A stretch of DNA of 64,000 nucleotides from the NCBI RefSeq assembly GCF_009914755.1, contig NC_060942.1. One strand, given 5' to 3'. Shown here one piece after another: positions 11,580 through 33,755 of this stretch. Source of the stretch: the human T2T-CHM13v2.0 reference genome, Homo sapiens. A program made the position numbers and the translations under genes. Position 1 is the stretch's first letter. The number at the start of each line of letters is the position of its first letter. The notes under the pieces are model-generated. The model made no database searches. It saw only the letters and a list, made by a program, of their open reading frames with translations, and had not been told where the DNA came from.

Positions 11580-14074
11580 CATGCAATAGTATAAGTCTGT
11601 GAGATTCATATTGTTGCAAGTAACTGTAGTTTGTTTTTTTTTTCTCTGCCATTTCATATATTGTATGAATGGAGTACAATTAATTTACCAGTTTTAGTGC
11701 TGATTGTTAATTGGGGTGTCTCTAGGGTAGGTTTATTGTGAATACTACTACTCAGAATATTTTTATACCTATTTATTAGTGCATATAGCAAACATTTCTG
11801 TTGAGTATGTAACTAAGAATGGCATTGCTGGGCCATAGGGTATCCATATGTTTAACTTTAATAGAAAATAATAAGCCATTTCCTAAAGTCTGTATGCCAT
11901 TTTCCACTCCCACCAGTAGTACATGCATTGCAAATATTTTATCCTACACTGTAGTTTGCTTTTACACTCTTTTTAGGGGAGTCTGTAAATGAATAGAAGT
12001 TCGTCATATTAAAGTGATCCAATTTATCAATCTTTTCCTCTACAGTTAGTGCTTTTTCAATTCTGTTTAATAAATCTTTCTCTACCCCCTAAGACATGAA
12101 GAAATTGTCCTATATTATCTTTTGGAAGCTTTATTGTTTTGCCTTTCACACACAGATTTGTAAGTTACCTGGAATTAATTTTCATGTCCAATATGAGGCA
12201 GGGGTTCAGTTTCATTTATTCCAAATGGTCATAAAATTGATCTACCACCACTCACTGAAAAGTTGATCTTTGTCAAAAATTAAGTCATAAATGAATAAAT
12301 CTGTCTCTATGAATAAATCAGTCTGTGCCTTCTACTCTGCTCCATTTATTTCTCTCTCATGGCATCATTACCACACTGTGTAAATTATTCTAGCTTTAGA
12401 ATGTGTCTTTATAACCAGTAAAACAAGTTCTACTACCTTATTCATCTTCTTCAAGAGCAACTTAGCTATTCTTGGCTAAGTTTTAGATGGTTTTTCCATC
12501 TAAATATGAAAATCAGCTTATCAATTTATACCAAAAAAACCTGTAAGGAATTGTAACTGAGATTGACTCTATAGACCAATTGGGAGAAATAACTGACATC
12601 TTAAAAATGGTGAGTCTTTTGATGCATTCTTTAAATGTTCTCAATTATGGTTTATAATTTTCTATGTAGACATCTTAAACATCATTTCACCAATGAACAA
12701 AGTTTGAGGAGAATCAAGGTATTTTCATAGTCTCAAAATATCTCCCCTAAGATATCTACCAATGACAAAGGGAAAAATAGGAAATTTTTACAGCAGGGAA
12801 ACCTGGCAGACACCACTGTAACTAAGTGATCAAGCTTACCATCATCAGTAATAAGTTGTATCAACATCAGGCACCTCCTGATATGATGCAGTATCACATC
12901 TGTAATACATTCTCGCCAAAAATGCATAACCCCATGGAATCATGAGAAAACATCAGACAAATCAAATTGAAAGACATCCTACAAAATACCTGACCACTAA
13001 TCATCAAAAGTGTCAAGTTTATAAATGACAAGCAAAAACTGAAGAACTGCCACAGATTGGATGAGACTAAGGAGATGCAAAAACTAAATGCAATATGGGA
13101 ATCCTGGATTGGATCCCAGAGATGAAAAGAACATTAGAGATCAAACTGGCAAAATTCTAATAATGGTTGTGGCTTAGTTAACAGTATTGTCCAATGTTAA
13201 TCTACTTGTTTTAAAAAACTGTATTATGGTTATGCAAGTTGTCAACTTTAGGAAAAGATAAATAAAGAGTATCTACTACCTTTATTTCTACTACGTAAAT
13301 TTCTACGTCAGTTTTGCGACTTTTCTGTGAGTTTGAAATTATTTCAAGATTTTAAAAGAAAGGGAAAATAAAGTCATACTGGCTCATGAAATAATTGGAA
13401 TCTTCTTTGCTCTTTTTATATTCTCTAGAGAAGTTTACACAAGATCAACAGGATTTCTGCCTTGATGTTTGGTAGAATTCATCAGCAAAACTATCTGGAT
13501 TAGAGTTTTTTGTGGGATAATTTTAAATTATGAGTTCTATTTAACTAATAATTATAAAGGATAAGATTTTTCTAATTTTTCTCATGACTATGTTTACTTT
13601 GCCTAGGAACCTATTCATCTATCCATTTTATTTAATTTTCAAATTTGCTGGCATAAAGATTTCTGTAATACCTTATTTTTTTGTATTGGCTATAGGATCT
13701 GTAGTGATGTCATCTTTTTTCATGTCTGATACCAACTATTTTGCCTTCTTTTTCCCATTCATTCCTGCCATGGCTTTATCAATTTTATTAGTCTTTTCAA
13801 ATAAAGAAATTTTAACTTTTTAGAAGCTCCTTATTTTGTTTTTTCTTTTACTGATTTATTTTCTTTTATTTATAATTTTATTTTTCCTATTTTTTTGGTT
13901 TTAATTTATGATTATTTTATTAACTTCAAGAAATAGAAGGCCACTGGTTTTCAGCCTTTTTTGTTTTCTAATGTATTTATTTTAGGCAGTAAGTTCCCTC
14001 TAAGTGAACTTTAGCTGCATCCCTCAATAGTTGATGGCACGTTTTCATTATTATTTAGTTTAAAAATGCTTCCT
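11580..14074 (-). mobile_element. Old L1M antisense fragments, with a sense L1MC4/5-like 3'UTR nested at about 12690-13360
   Basis: T-rich antisense ORF2 relics; nested GGAAACCTGGCAGACACCAC...GTGATCAAG...CATCAGACAAATCAAATTGA. Confidence 0.7.
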
Positions 14075-14075
14075 G

Positions 14076-14402
<327 letters not shown>

Positions 14403-14969
14403 TCAGGAACCCACATGCTCACCTCTGCAGCACATTCCTTCTCCTCTTTCCACTTCTGAAATGCTTCCTTCATCTTTGGAATTTATAATGTAAAAGAATT
14501 TTGCTAGACATAGGAAGGACACGAAAAGGTCTCTGCCCTCAAGAATGTTTTTGAAGAGGTAAGATGTATGAACAAGATCCAAAAAATCAATACACTTGAA
14601 ATATGGTGAATGACATGAGTAGTACAATTTTTTAAAATCCTGACTACAGTGTTTGGGCAAAATTTCATGCAGAATGTGGATTTTAACTGAACTTGTACTT
14701 ACGGAAAGGACTTAGGTGGTGGGAGGAAAGGGATAAGGGAAACTAGGATGAGCAGAGACCTAGTGGGTGGAAAGTTCAAAGAGCTGTTTGGGGAAACAAT
14801 GAGTCAGTGTGGCTCACTGAAGAATTTGTGTGATGAAATGGGAGAACTGCAGTTAAAAAATAGTTCTGTCTTATATATCATAGTAATATTGGGTAAATGA
14901 ATTTGATTTCATCTTGTAGAGAATAGAGAGCCATTTTAAAATTTAGATTGGCAATTGATACAAACAAAT

Positions 14970-15271
<302 letters not shown>

Positions 15272-15402
15272 GAAAGAAAGAAAGAGAAAGAGAGAGATGA
15301 AAGAAAAAGAGAGAGAGGGGAAGGAGGGAAGGAGGGAAGGAAGGAAGGAAGGAAGGAAGGAAGGAAGGAAGGAAGGAAGGAAGGAAGGAAGGAAGGAAGG
15401 AA
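15272..15402. repeat. Purine tract from the Alu tail ending in (GGAA)17
   Basis: Uninterrupted GGAA from 15335 to 15402. Confidence 0.95.
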
Positions 15403-16700
15403 AGTATTGTAGGAATACTGATCAGGAGGCTCAAGTTGGATAAATTGAAAAGAACAGAAGCTAAAAGCAAGAAACCAAGCACATGTTCTAAGGTCTTTAC
15501 TGGCGTAAGAATAGGAGGAATTAAAAAGACAACAGGATAACCTGTGGAGAGGGTTGGTTGGGGGGCATCTCATTGACCCTTTGGGATCAATCCCAAAGAA
15601 GATTGACTTTAGTGAATAAGGACACAAGTACTTCTCTTACCACATCAAAGAAATGATGCATTTGCTATCAGGCTAAAAAGAGCAGTAGCAGTATAGAGAG
15701 CCTTTATCCTATGTTTAGATGCTTTCCTTACTTTTTTTTTTTTTTTTTGGAGAAACCACTTTCTTGTATTTTGGGGTGGTGTTTCTGCTTTTCAACATGT
15801 ATGTGGGGAATTGTTGCAATTTTCACTTTGTCGATTACATTGGCCAAGAGATATTGTACTGCATTTCAACCTGATGCCTTCCACATTTGTATAGATCACA
15901 AACCCCATAGTTCAGGAATGAGCCAAAAACATGCCACATCTGCATGATGCTAAAGGTCATTCCCTTGAAATGCATCATACCAAATGGAATCTTATTTCTT
16001 GCCAAAAACGTTGTGGGTGTCTGTCACAACATTTATCTTCCTTCCATCAACAGCAGCAGCAGCAACATCATAATATTTCATGTTCAACCTTGGATGACAT
16101 CAGAGAAACTCTTTAGCTCGTGTCTATGGGTTTTCACCATACAACCAGAACCTCAAGGCTCCTGTTCTCACATTCCCCATCTCCTCATCATCACAGATCA
16201 AGGTTCACTTTCTTTGTAAACTTTCCCTTTAACCCCACTCACTAACAAAATCACTGACTTAACTCTCACTACAACAAAATTATATATTTACAAATGTCTA
16301 TTTCTCTTGCATTGGTTGGCTTTTGTCTTTTCCATTAGATTATAGACTATGAACTGTGAGTACTGCCAAAAATGTCTCAGACTAACCCGCTACCATTCTT
16401 TGATGATACGTGATTATATATGAATTTATCTTTTTTCTTCATAACTTTATTCTCTTTCTCCCAAACCCACCCATGCATCATTTTCATGGGCTAATGTAAT
16501 CAGAACCACTCCTGGCATTTAGGCTAGAAAACACTGACAATGATGAGGAAAGCAAGTATCCTTTAAACATTTATCTTTTCCGTTGTTATGCTATAGTCCC
16601 CTGAAGCTGCCTGCAAAAGCCACAATATTCTTACGGCAGATGGTGTCACTCATGAAAATTCTGGTGTCTATGCCAAGAAAACTTATTATAAGAAAGAAAC

Positions 16701-17103
<403 letters not shown>

Positions 17104-17798
17104 CTACCCCTTACTTTTCACCACAGAAATAGAGTGAATTACCTGATTTGGTGAATCTGGGAGAGGAACTGGACACTCACACTTCAGCATCTTCTTATCA
17201 TCCTCTTCCTCTTGGGAGCCAGCCATCTGCAGGGTGAACGTGCTCCTCCGTGCTAGAAGTTTTCCAGGGCAGGCCCCACAGACAGCAGCCTGCAGAAGTG
17301 CAGCACTGCCCAAGGCCAGGTGGGTCAGTCTCAGTCCAAGTATTTTGTATAAGTAAAGATGCCCATTTTCACTGCACACCCAAGCTTCTAACAGCTGGCA
17401 TCTTGGTTTCTATCTGACCTATTGTTTGTCTTTGTCATAAAATTACTCAGAAAAGGAGAGTGTTTACTGAGTCCCTCTCCAGCGGCAACAGTGCTACCAG
17501 ACATTTGGCTGGCATTGGCAGGAGTTAGTAAGCTCCTAAGGCAATGCTGCTCTCTGAATGTGGGCAGGAGGACATCCATTTCCTCCCTGAAAGCCGTGCT
17601 GCAGTTAATATTCACAATGGTCACTGTGGTCCCCTATGCTCCTGTCTCTAATAAACCTCCAGGTTCCTCTCATCCTATTGCCCTGTGGCCTGAGGCTACA
17701 AACCAATCTCAAGGAACACATAGCATCTCAGTGATCAAGTGACACCTTCCTTCTTAGGGGTAGAGGTTTGTGTTGCTGTATCCGCTTTGCTGTAGGTA

Positions 17799-18391
<593 letters not shown>

Positions 18392-20320
18392 TAGTTTCCA
18401 GCAGGGAGATCATCACAATGGCATGTTTTTTATGTTTCAGAGGAAAGCATCTTCTAGTCTATGAATGTACACTCTGGAGCTGCTCTGGATATTGGCAATG
18501 TTGCTACCAATCTAGAAATCAGGAACCTAAAGACCCTTTTCTAACACACTGGCCTAGGGTAAGTCAACTGAGTGTGGTCAGAGTCTATCTCAACATGGAG
18601 CATTGCAGCCCCAGCGCCTCACTTCTGAGTGACCCAGAGAGCCCAGAACAAGTGGTAAAAGTAGACACAAGTGAAATCTCCTTTAACTAGTTCTTTGCTC
18701 TCACCTCCCACCCTCACCCACCTCGTTCTCAGGCCTTTCTTTCTTCTATGCCCAGACCTGTCTAATGTATGCGAAAATAGAATCTCCCAACTTTTTCTCA
18801 CTGAGACCAACTGAGCTTATTATATAATTTCAGCTCTTGTTCCAAGAAAACCAAGATCAATCTAAAAAAGCAGTCATCTGAACTTGGCAGACATTCGTGT
18901 GGGAAAGTCTTTAAGCAAAAACAAATTTGTTGACGTACTGGGACAAGAAACTCAGAGAACAGATAACATGTTCCATGAGCCAACTCTGTCCTCGCTTCAG
19001 ATTCACTCTTTTCTCAGCCAACAGTCCTTGTTCCACTCTATGGAAGATGCCAACTCATCAGTTTGTCATGATTAGGCCAGATGCCCTCACCAAGGGTCCC
19101 AAGGAATACCAAACGGTCATTCCTTAGGCCCTTTGGTTAGGGAGACAATCACTAAGTTCAGAAACCTTAGGCTGTAGTGCATGAAAAAAACACCTGACCA
19201 ACAAAAGGAGTGAAGAAAGGTATTAACAACAAAGAGTTGCGCTGAGATGGCTTTTGTGCTTCTAGTCTATGTCAATCAATTAATTTCCTCTGGCCACGCT
19301 CCCCTCCTCTCCAAGACTATATGGAGAGGGGTCCTTCTGTCTTTATTACAGTTAGTGACAACATGACAAAACCTACTGAATTCAGCTTCAAAATTGAAAT
19401 ATAAATAAATATTAGGGTTCCCCAAGGAAGGAAGTTGCTTTTCCTTTCCCAAGCAAGAAGTGGAGGAGATGGGGAGAAGATGGTTCTGGGGAACATCAAA
19501 ACAGCTGCAGCTCCTTAGGCAAGGGGAAATACTAGTTAGGGACAGCCTCGCATCAAGGAAAGAGATACTAAGAAACTGGTCTTATAAAGGACCAAAGCAA
19601 CTGGAAAGAAAGTACATCACTTTATACCCAGTGGAAAACACTGGAGGTTCATGGTGACCCAGGTGGATTGATTTATTATTCAAAAGGTAATAGCTGTCTA
19701 GGATTTGTGCCTGTGTCCACCTCTTCTTCCTCTGTGGTTTCTTCGTGAGCAAGGGCTTTAAAATAGCATGTGAGAGTCAGAAAAGAAGATGCCAGAATGT
19801 CAAATAACTCCCAAGTACCATGCTGAACATTTTTGGTGTTCTGGGTTTTCTTGAGTTGTTTCTTTCAGGAGTTACAAGAGTGGAACAAATGGGCAGCCAC
19901 TGAGAGGCTCAGCCTTGCTCACTCACTACTTTCTGAGCAAGGCAATTCTCTTACTTCTCAGAACCCCCTCTCTGATAAAAATCAATAATAAAGTGTATAC
20001 CCTGTCCAAGCAGAAACTTTTATTTCCCAGGGGCTCAAAGCATTTCCCAATCACCAATCCTCTAATCCACAATTCCAATCAGCATTTAGCCAATAGGCTA
20101 AATTTATCTTCTAAATATCAACATCTATGTTCAAATCAAGAATGGATCCAATCAGCAGGTAGAGGAATTAGAACATGCAAGTCAGTGTCCTACCAATATA
20201 ATCCAGAGCCATCATGTCAGTGCTGCTAAAAATGGTATTAGCTAATTAGGTGACCACCATTAATGCAAGTCATGATGCAACGTAACTGACGGTGTTGTTG
20301 CCCTAATGACCCAAGTCACA

Positions 20321-20360
20321 GTTTATGGCCATACCACTCTCAACAAGTCTGATCTCCTCT
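20321..20360 (+). pseudogene. 5S rRNA retropseudogene, 5' 40 nt only, tailless
   Basis: GTTTATGGCCATACCACTCTCAACAAGTCTGATCTCCTCT vs 5S GTCTACGGCCATACCACCCTGAACGCGCCCGATCTCGTCT; degenerate TSD AATGACCCAAGTCAC/AATGAACCATGCCAT. Confidence 0.8.
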
Positions 20361-21059
20361 AATGAACCATGCCATTTATCTGAACGTGAACTCGGAGATA
20401 TTTAATTATATTTTTATGCCCTGTAAAATAGGCAGGACCCAGAAGGCTGATATTGTTTTCTGTTTCTCACATAATAGTAATAACCTTTGTTTTTTGTGAG
20501 TAAACTAGTTGCTCCAAAGAGAAACTCACCCACAACAATTAGTTCCCTGAGATCTTTTCACAAAGTCCAGGACCCAGTAGATCCATCCAGTGGCGTTTAC
20601 AGCCTGAAACTACCATTTTCCTCACAATGGCATGGTCCAGCTCATTGACAATAACAAATTGCTAACTGTAGAAAAATTTTTCTGGAATTTTATAGAATTC
20701 AAAGGAAACAACTGCATTTTTTCAGAAATTTACCACAACTGAAACAAGGCCAAGTTTATAAAAATTCCTCAACTGTAATCTCCTCCACAAAATCCCAATG
20801 CTGGAAAGAACCTTGAAGTCATCTAGTTCACACATATCCTTCAGAAAAGAAAAGATCAAAAGGACTTGAAATTAAAAAAAAATTTAAAAAACCACTCTGG
20901 ATTCCTGTCCTATTTCAGCCACTAATTCATTTGACCCAGAACGCATTACATCATCTCCCTCAAATTCACTGTCTTCATATGTATGATGATAGCTTTAAAC
21001 CAGATCATGTCTAAAGTTCCATCCAACTTGAAAATCCATGATTATATGAAACCAGACTA

Positions 21060-22423
<1,364 letters not shown>

Positions 22424-22900
22424 TACTTTGAAAACTGAATAGGAAGAAAGAGCCTACATTTTTCCTTACAGAGAAATGCCAAGACTTTTGTTAACTTTCA
22501 AACTGGAGGAATGCTAACTGTCATAGCTGAGATCTGGGAAAATTTTAACTTATGCCAAAGTCAAGCTTCTACATAATTATTTTTAAAGTGAGGATAATTT
22601 TTCTACTTGAGACAACCTAGCACAGTGACAGAATAAGAAGATAGAAAATGTGTCACTATTTACTCTTGCTGAATGTAAATCCATAACTTAACTGAAGAGT
22701 AGGTGAAATGCATTACCTTCCCAGGGAAGAACTCAAATCTCTTTCCTGAGAATCATTCCCTTTCTGCAAGAATTCTATGAAAGAATTATATACAATAGAA
22801 TAAAAGCTTATTATTTATTTACTAAATCAAAGTTGCCTGGATCATTATTACACATTTATCAGAAAAAGTCATAAATTTTCTGCTTAGAGATTTTACACTT

Positions 22901-23204
<304 letters not shown>

Positions 23205-24405
23205 TTACACTTTATAATAGAATTAAAATACTCAGAATTGGAATAACTCTAAAAATGAATACAAGTAATTTAAAGGAAAATATGTACTGGATTTAGTCAA
23301 TAAAGTAGTATAAAAATATACAAGCTACAGGTAGGTGCTGTAGTTTAAAATTAAGCATCTTGGTATTTGTTAATTGTGTCCTTGGAAGGCATCTTTTATA
23401 TCAGCCTGACTAAAATGATCTACCACCCTTTGCTCTCTCTTTAAACAAATACAGTGAGTTTACTTCCTCACACTTTGATACAAATTTCTCTATTCCGGTG
23501 AATATGGATGTCTATTTTTTCTTTCTTGGTAAGCAGAAAGAAGTCTGAATCACAATTCAAAATGCAATTTTAGTTTAAGTCGAAAATGGGGGGACTACTA
23601 ATTATATGGGCAATAGTATTATGATGTGCTAAGAATGCCATCAAAACTTCTGTCTGCATATATATTATATATGCATATATTTGTGCATTAATTATATAAT
23701 AGAAATAACATATACTGTGTGTTATCTATTATCTATTTTCTATCATCTCCACTTTAACTTAAGACATAAGTACAGATTAATTAATAACCCTTAGCAAATT
23801 AATTAAAATGGGAATTCTTTTCACGAAGTCACATATATCTAAAGTTGTAAGGACCAACATACATGTTGGTTTCAGTGTTAATCTTTTCCTTTAAAGATCA
23901 AGTATGATTACCGTTTGGAAATTAATTTTAGGCAGCTATTTGACTAATATCATAGCTGACTCAGCTAAGAAAGAAAAGAGCAAGAATTGAGAAGCCTCAT
24001 TCAATATTGACTGCAAACTGTGGCAATGCTAGAGTTCCTAACAAAAATCATCTATGTAAAGTTTGGTTACACAAACTGGCTAACAAGCTGGTAGGGACAG
24101 CTTAAATTTGCAGTATGTGTACACTAGTTTATCATAACCTCAATTGAATAATGTACACTCTCTAACCCCCCCCAAAAATTACTGAGTATCTTAGCTTTGG
24201 GCTTTAACTATTTGGACTAGCAAGTTTTGTTTTGTTTTGATTTGTTTTTAGTAGCTATTCCCAAAATGTAAATCAGTTAGTCAGATAATATATGATGAAT
24301 ATATTTAATAATTGATACACTCAACAAGAATGAAAGTATTCATGGATATGAAAAAATACCTCCCCTTTTCAAAAAGGTAATTTATGTATTAAGAAAAAAA
24401 CTTCA

Positions 24406-24514
24406 GTGCTCACTTTGGCAGCAAATATACTAAAATTGGAATGATATAGAGAAGATGTACATGGTCCCTGTGCAAGGATGACATGCAGATTTGCGAAGCG
24501 TTCTATATTTTTTT
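24406..24514 (+). pseudogene. Full-length U6 snRNA retropseudogene, the 5' part of a U6/L1 chimera
   Basis: GTGCTCACTTTGGCAGCAAATATACTAAAATTGGAATGATATAGAGAAGAT...GCAAGGATGACATGCAGATTTGCGAAGCGTTCTATATTTTTTT matches U6 with CpG decay. Confidence 0.95.
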
Positions 24515-24612
24515 ATCTATGCAGCAAACCACCATGGCACACGTTTACCTATGTAACAAACCTGCACATCCTGTACATGTACCTCGGAACTTAAAAGATG
24601 AAAAAAAAAAAA
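24515..24612 (+). mobile_element. L1 extreme 3' end (old L1PA/L1PB type) fused to U6
   Basis: GCAGCAAACCACCATGGCACACGTTTACCTATGTAACAAACCTGCACATCC...AACTTAAAA plus poly-A; shared TSD AAAAAAACTT(C/T)A. Confidence 0.9.
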
Positions 24613-24713
24613 CTTTAGACAACAGATGGGCTTTAAGAGATAAAATGGAAATGTGGAAAGCTTCCAGTTTGTTAGGCAGCTAGCAGCACCTAATAAGCGT
24701 CTCCTAGTTTCTT

Positions 24714-26631
<1,918 letters not shown>

Positions 26632-27009
26632 TCAAAGATAAATGTGTAAAGACATTCACTGGAGCTTTGTTTGAAAAGGAAATCAGAAATTCCCTAAATG
26701 TTCATCAAAAAACAAATGTTTAAATAAACTATGAGATACCAATGCAATAGGTTAATTTGCAGCCTTTATAAATACTGAAATATGTATACATTGATATGAA
26801 AAGTACTCCCTGCATAAAAATAAGATTTTCAAAATGTTTGGACAGTATCTGTAGAATAAGCCCCTTTAAAAATAACAATCATAAAACATGTATACATTAT
26901 GATAAAGGCAAAGAAGTTCGAATAAATATTTGCAAAATATTTGATCATCTTTTGGGAGACATGATTATAGCGTATTTCACTTCACTTTTTGCTTATTCAT
27001 TATTTTGAC

Positions 27010-31740
<4,731 letters not shown>

Positions 31741-31785
31741 GAATTGACTGTAAATTTTAAAATTTCTTCTCCCTGGAAATTATCT

Positions 31786-32324
31786 GTGTTCAAGTTTTCT
31801 ATTACTGCATAACAAACCATTTCAAAAATTATTGGTTTAATATAACAATAGTATTTATTTTGCTCATGAACTGTAGCTTTGGTAAGACCCTGTGAGGACA
31901 GCTTGTCTTTGCTCCACCTGGCATTAGCTAGGTGGCTCAAAAACTGGGGATGGAATTCTCATTCATTCACATATCTGGTCATTGGTACTGGCTAATGCTA
32001 AAATCTCAGCTGGAACTGTGATTAGAATACCTTATGCCATCTTTTCATGTGGACACTTGACTTCTTAATAGCATAATGGCTGGGTTTCCAAGGGTAAATG
32101 GAGAAAAATGAGAGAGAGACAGAGAGAGAGAAAACATCACGTAAGAGCTACATCACTTTTTCTAACCTTGCCTAAAAAGATCACACAGCCCAGCATCATC
32201 ACAATATATTCTTTAGAAGCAAGTTTCTAAGACTAGCCCATATTCAAAGATAGAGGAATTAGACTCTCCCCTTTGATGTGAGAAATGCCGAATAATTTGT
32301 GGACACATTTTTTAAAACCTCACA
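31786..32324 (-). mobile_element. MLT1H/G-like LTR
   Basis: TTCTATTACTGCATAACAAACCA...TTTATTTTGCTCATGAA...AATTAGACTCTCCCCTTTGATG. Confidence 0.7.
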
Positions 32325-33439
32325 TTTGTTCTCCACGTTGCCTGTTTCTGCTTATTTTGATTTCTATAGATACTTTCCTGTTATCTGATGTTTCTGGGTT
32401 GAAGGTTCATATTTATTTAAAATAGGGGCACTAATACCCTCTAAGAGTGGGGGAGGTTTGTCTATTCTGAGCTTTATTGTGATCTGGTTGAGATATTTAA
32501 ATGGCAAATTTTCAGCATCTCTTTAGATATTTCCTGTTGAACCAGTCATATTCCCTTGGGAAAAATCCCCAACCTCTTCTTTGGAGGATGAAGACCAATA
32601 TTCTGGGACCTGAATGTAGGAAGAGGGCTGGCTCAGAATCCAGGATGCAAATATTATCCACATCTTCATTTTCTGTTCAGTACCTCCAACCTCAACTGAA
32701 CCTGAAGTTCCCTTTGTTTCCCTTTTTTAAACAATATTCTTTTCCTAGGGTCAAAAAATGGCTGGTCCCTGGGTGGTTTATCAGACTGTGGGGAGCAATA
32801 TGGGATCTGGATAGTTCTTAGACTTTCAAACAATCCTCCTTACTTAATCTCTATTTTCAGTCCCACTTCCAGAAGAATCTAGCACTGCCCATTCCTTCAC
32901 CTTACACAAATTCTTCTGTATAAATCAGATGAACTTCTGCTTTCCTCACTGCTGGCTTAGGATTCGCTTTTCCCATTTGCGTTCCCACTTCCAACATTTT
33001 ATTTTCTGGTCTTCTTCTCCAATCTTCTCTTTCTTGTGAATCTTTTAAAAAAATTCCTTTATTGCCATTTGATGGTATTTGGGGAAGGAGCAAATAAAAA
33101 CATATGCTTAATTCACTATATTTTGTCGGAAGCCAAGCTCACTCCTTTAAGCTCTACTTTTAGGTTACTCAATACAAAGATTTTCCAGGTTCAACTATCT
33201 TCTTTTCAACACCTTAATTAGTGCTCCAGCATTCATGTAGCAAATCTCCTAAAATCTCCTTGATATCTGTGAAAGTTCCTGAGTGACTGCTATTTTCATG
33301 CCTTTCCTGGACTATTTGGTCTAGTTTGTTAAAAAGCTACTTCTAAGTAGATTATGTGCATTAAAATCTGCACCAAATCACTTTTCAATGTCTCTCTAGC
33401 TATTAATGGTTTGGGGATTCTCTTTAAAGTTTCATTTCA

Positions 33440-33755
<316 letters not shown>

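Noticed and set aside
24406-24514. Functional U6 gene
   Set aside because: The ACAGAGA box is mutated (ATAGAGA), CpGs have decayed, no PSE/TATA promoter is evident upstream, and it is flanked by a TSD.
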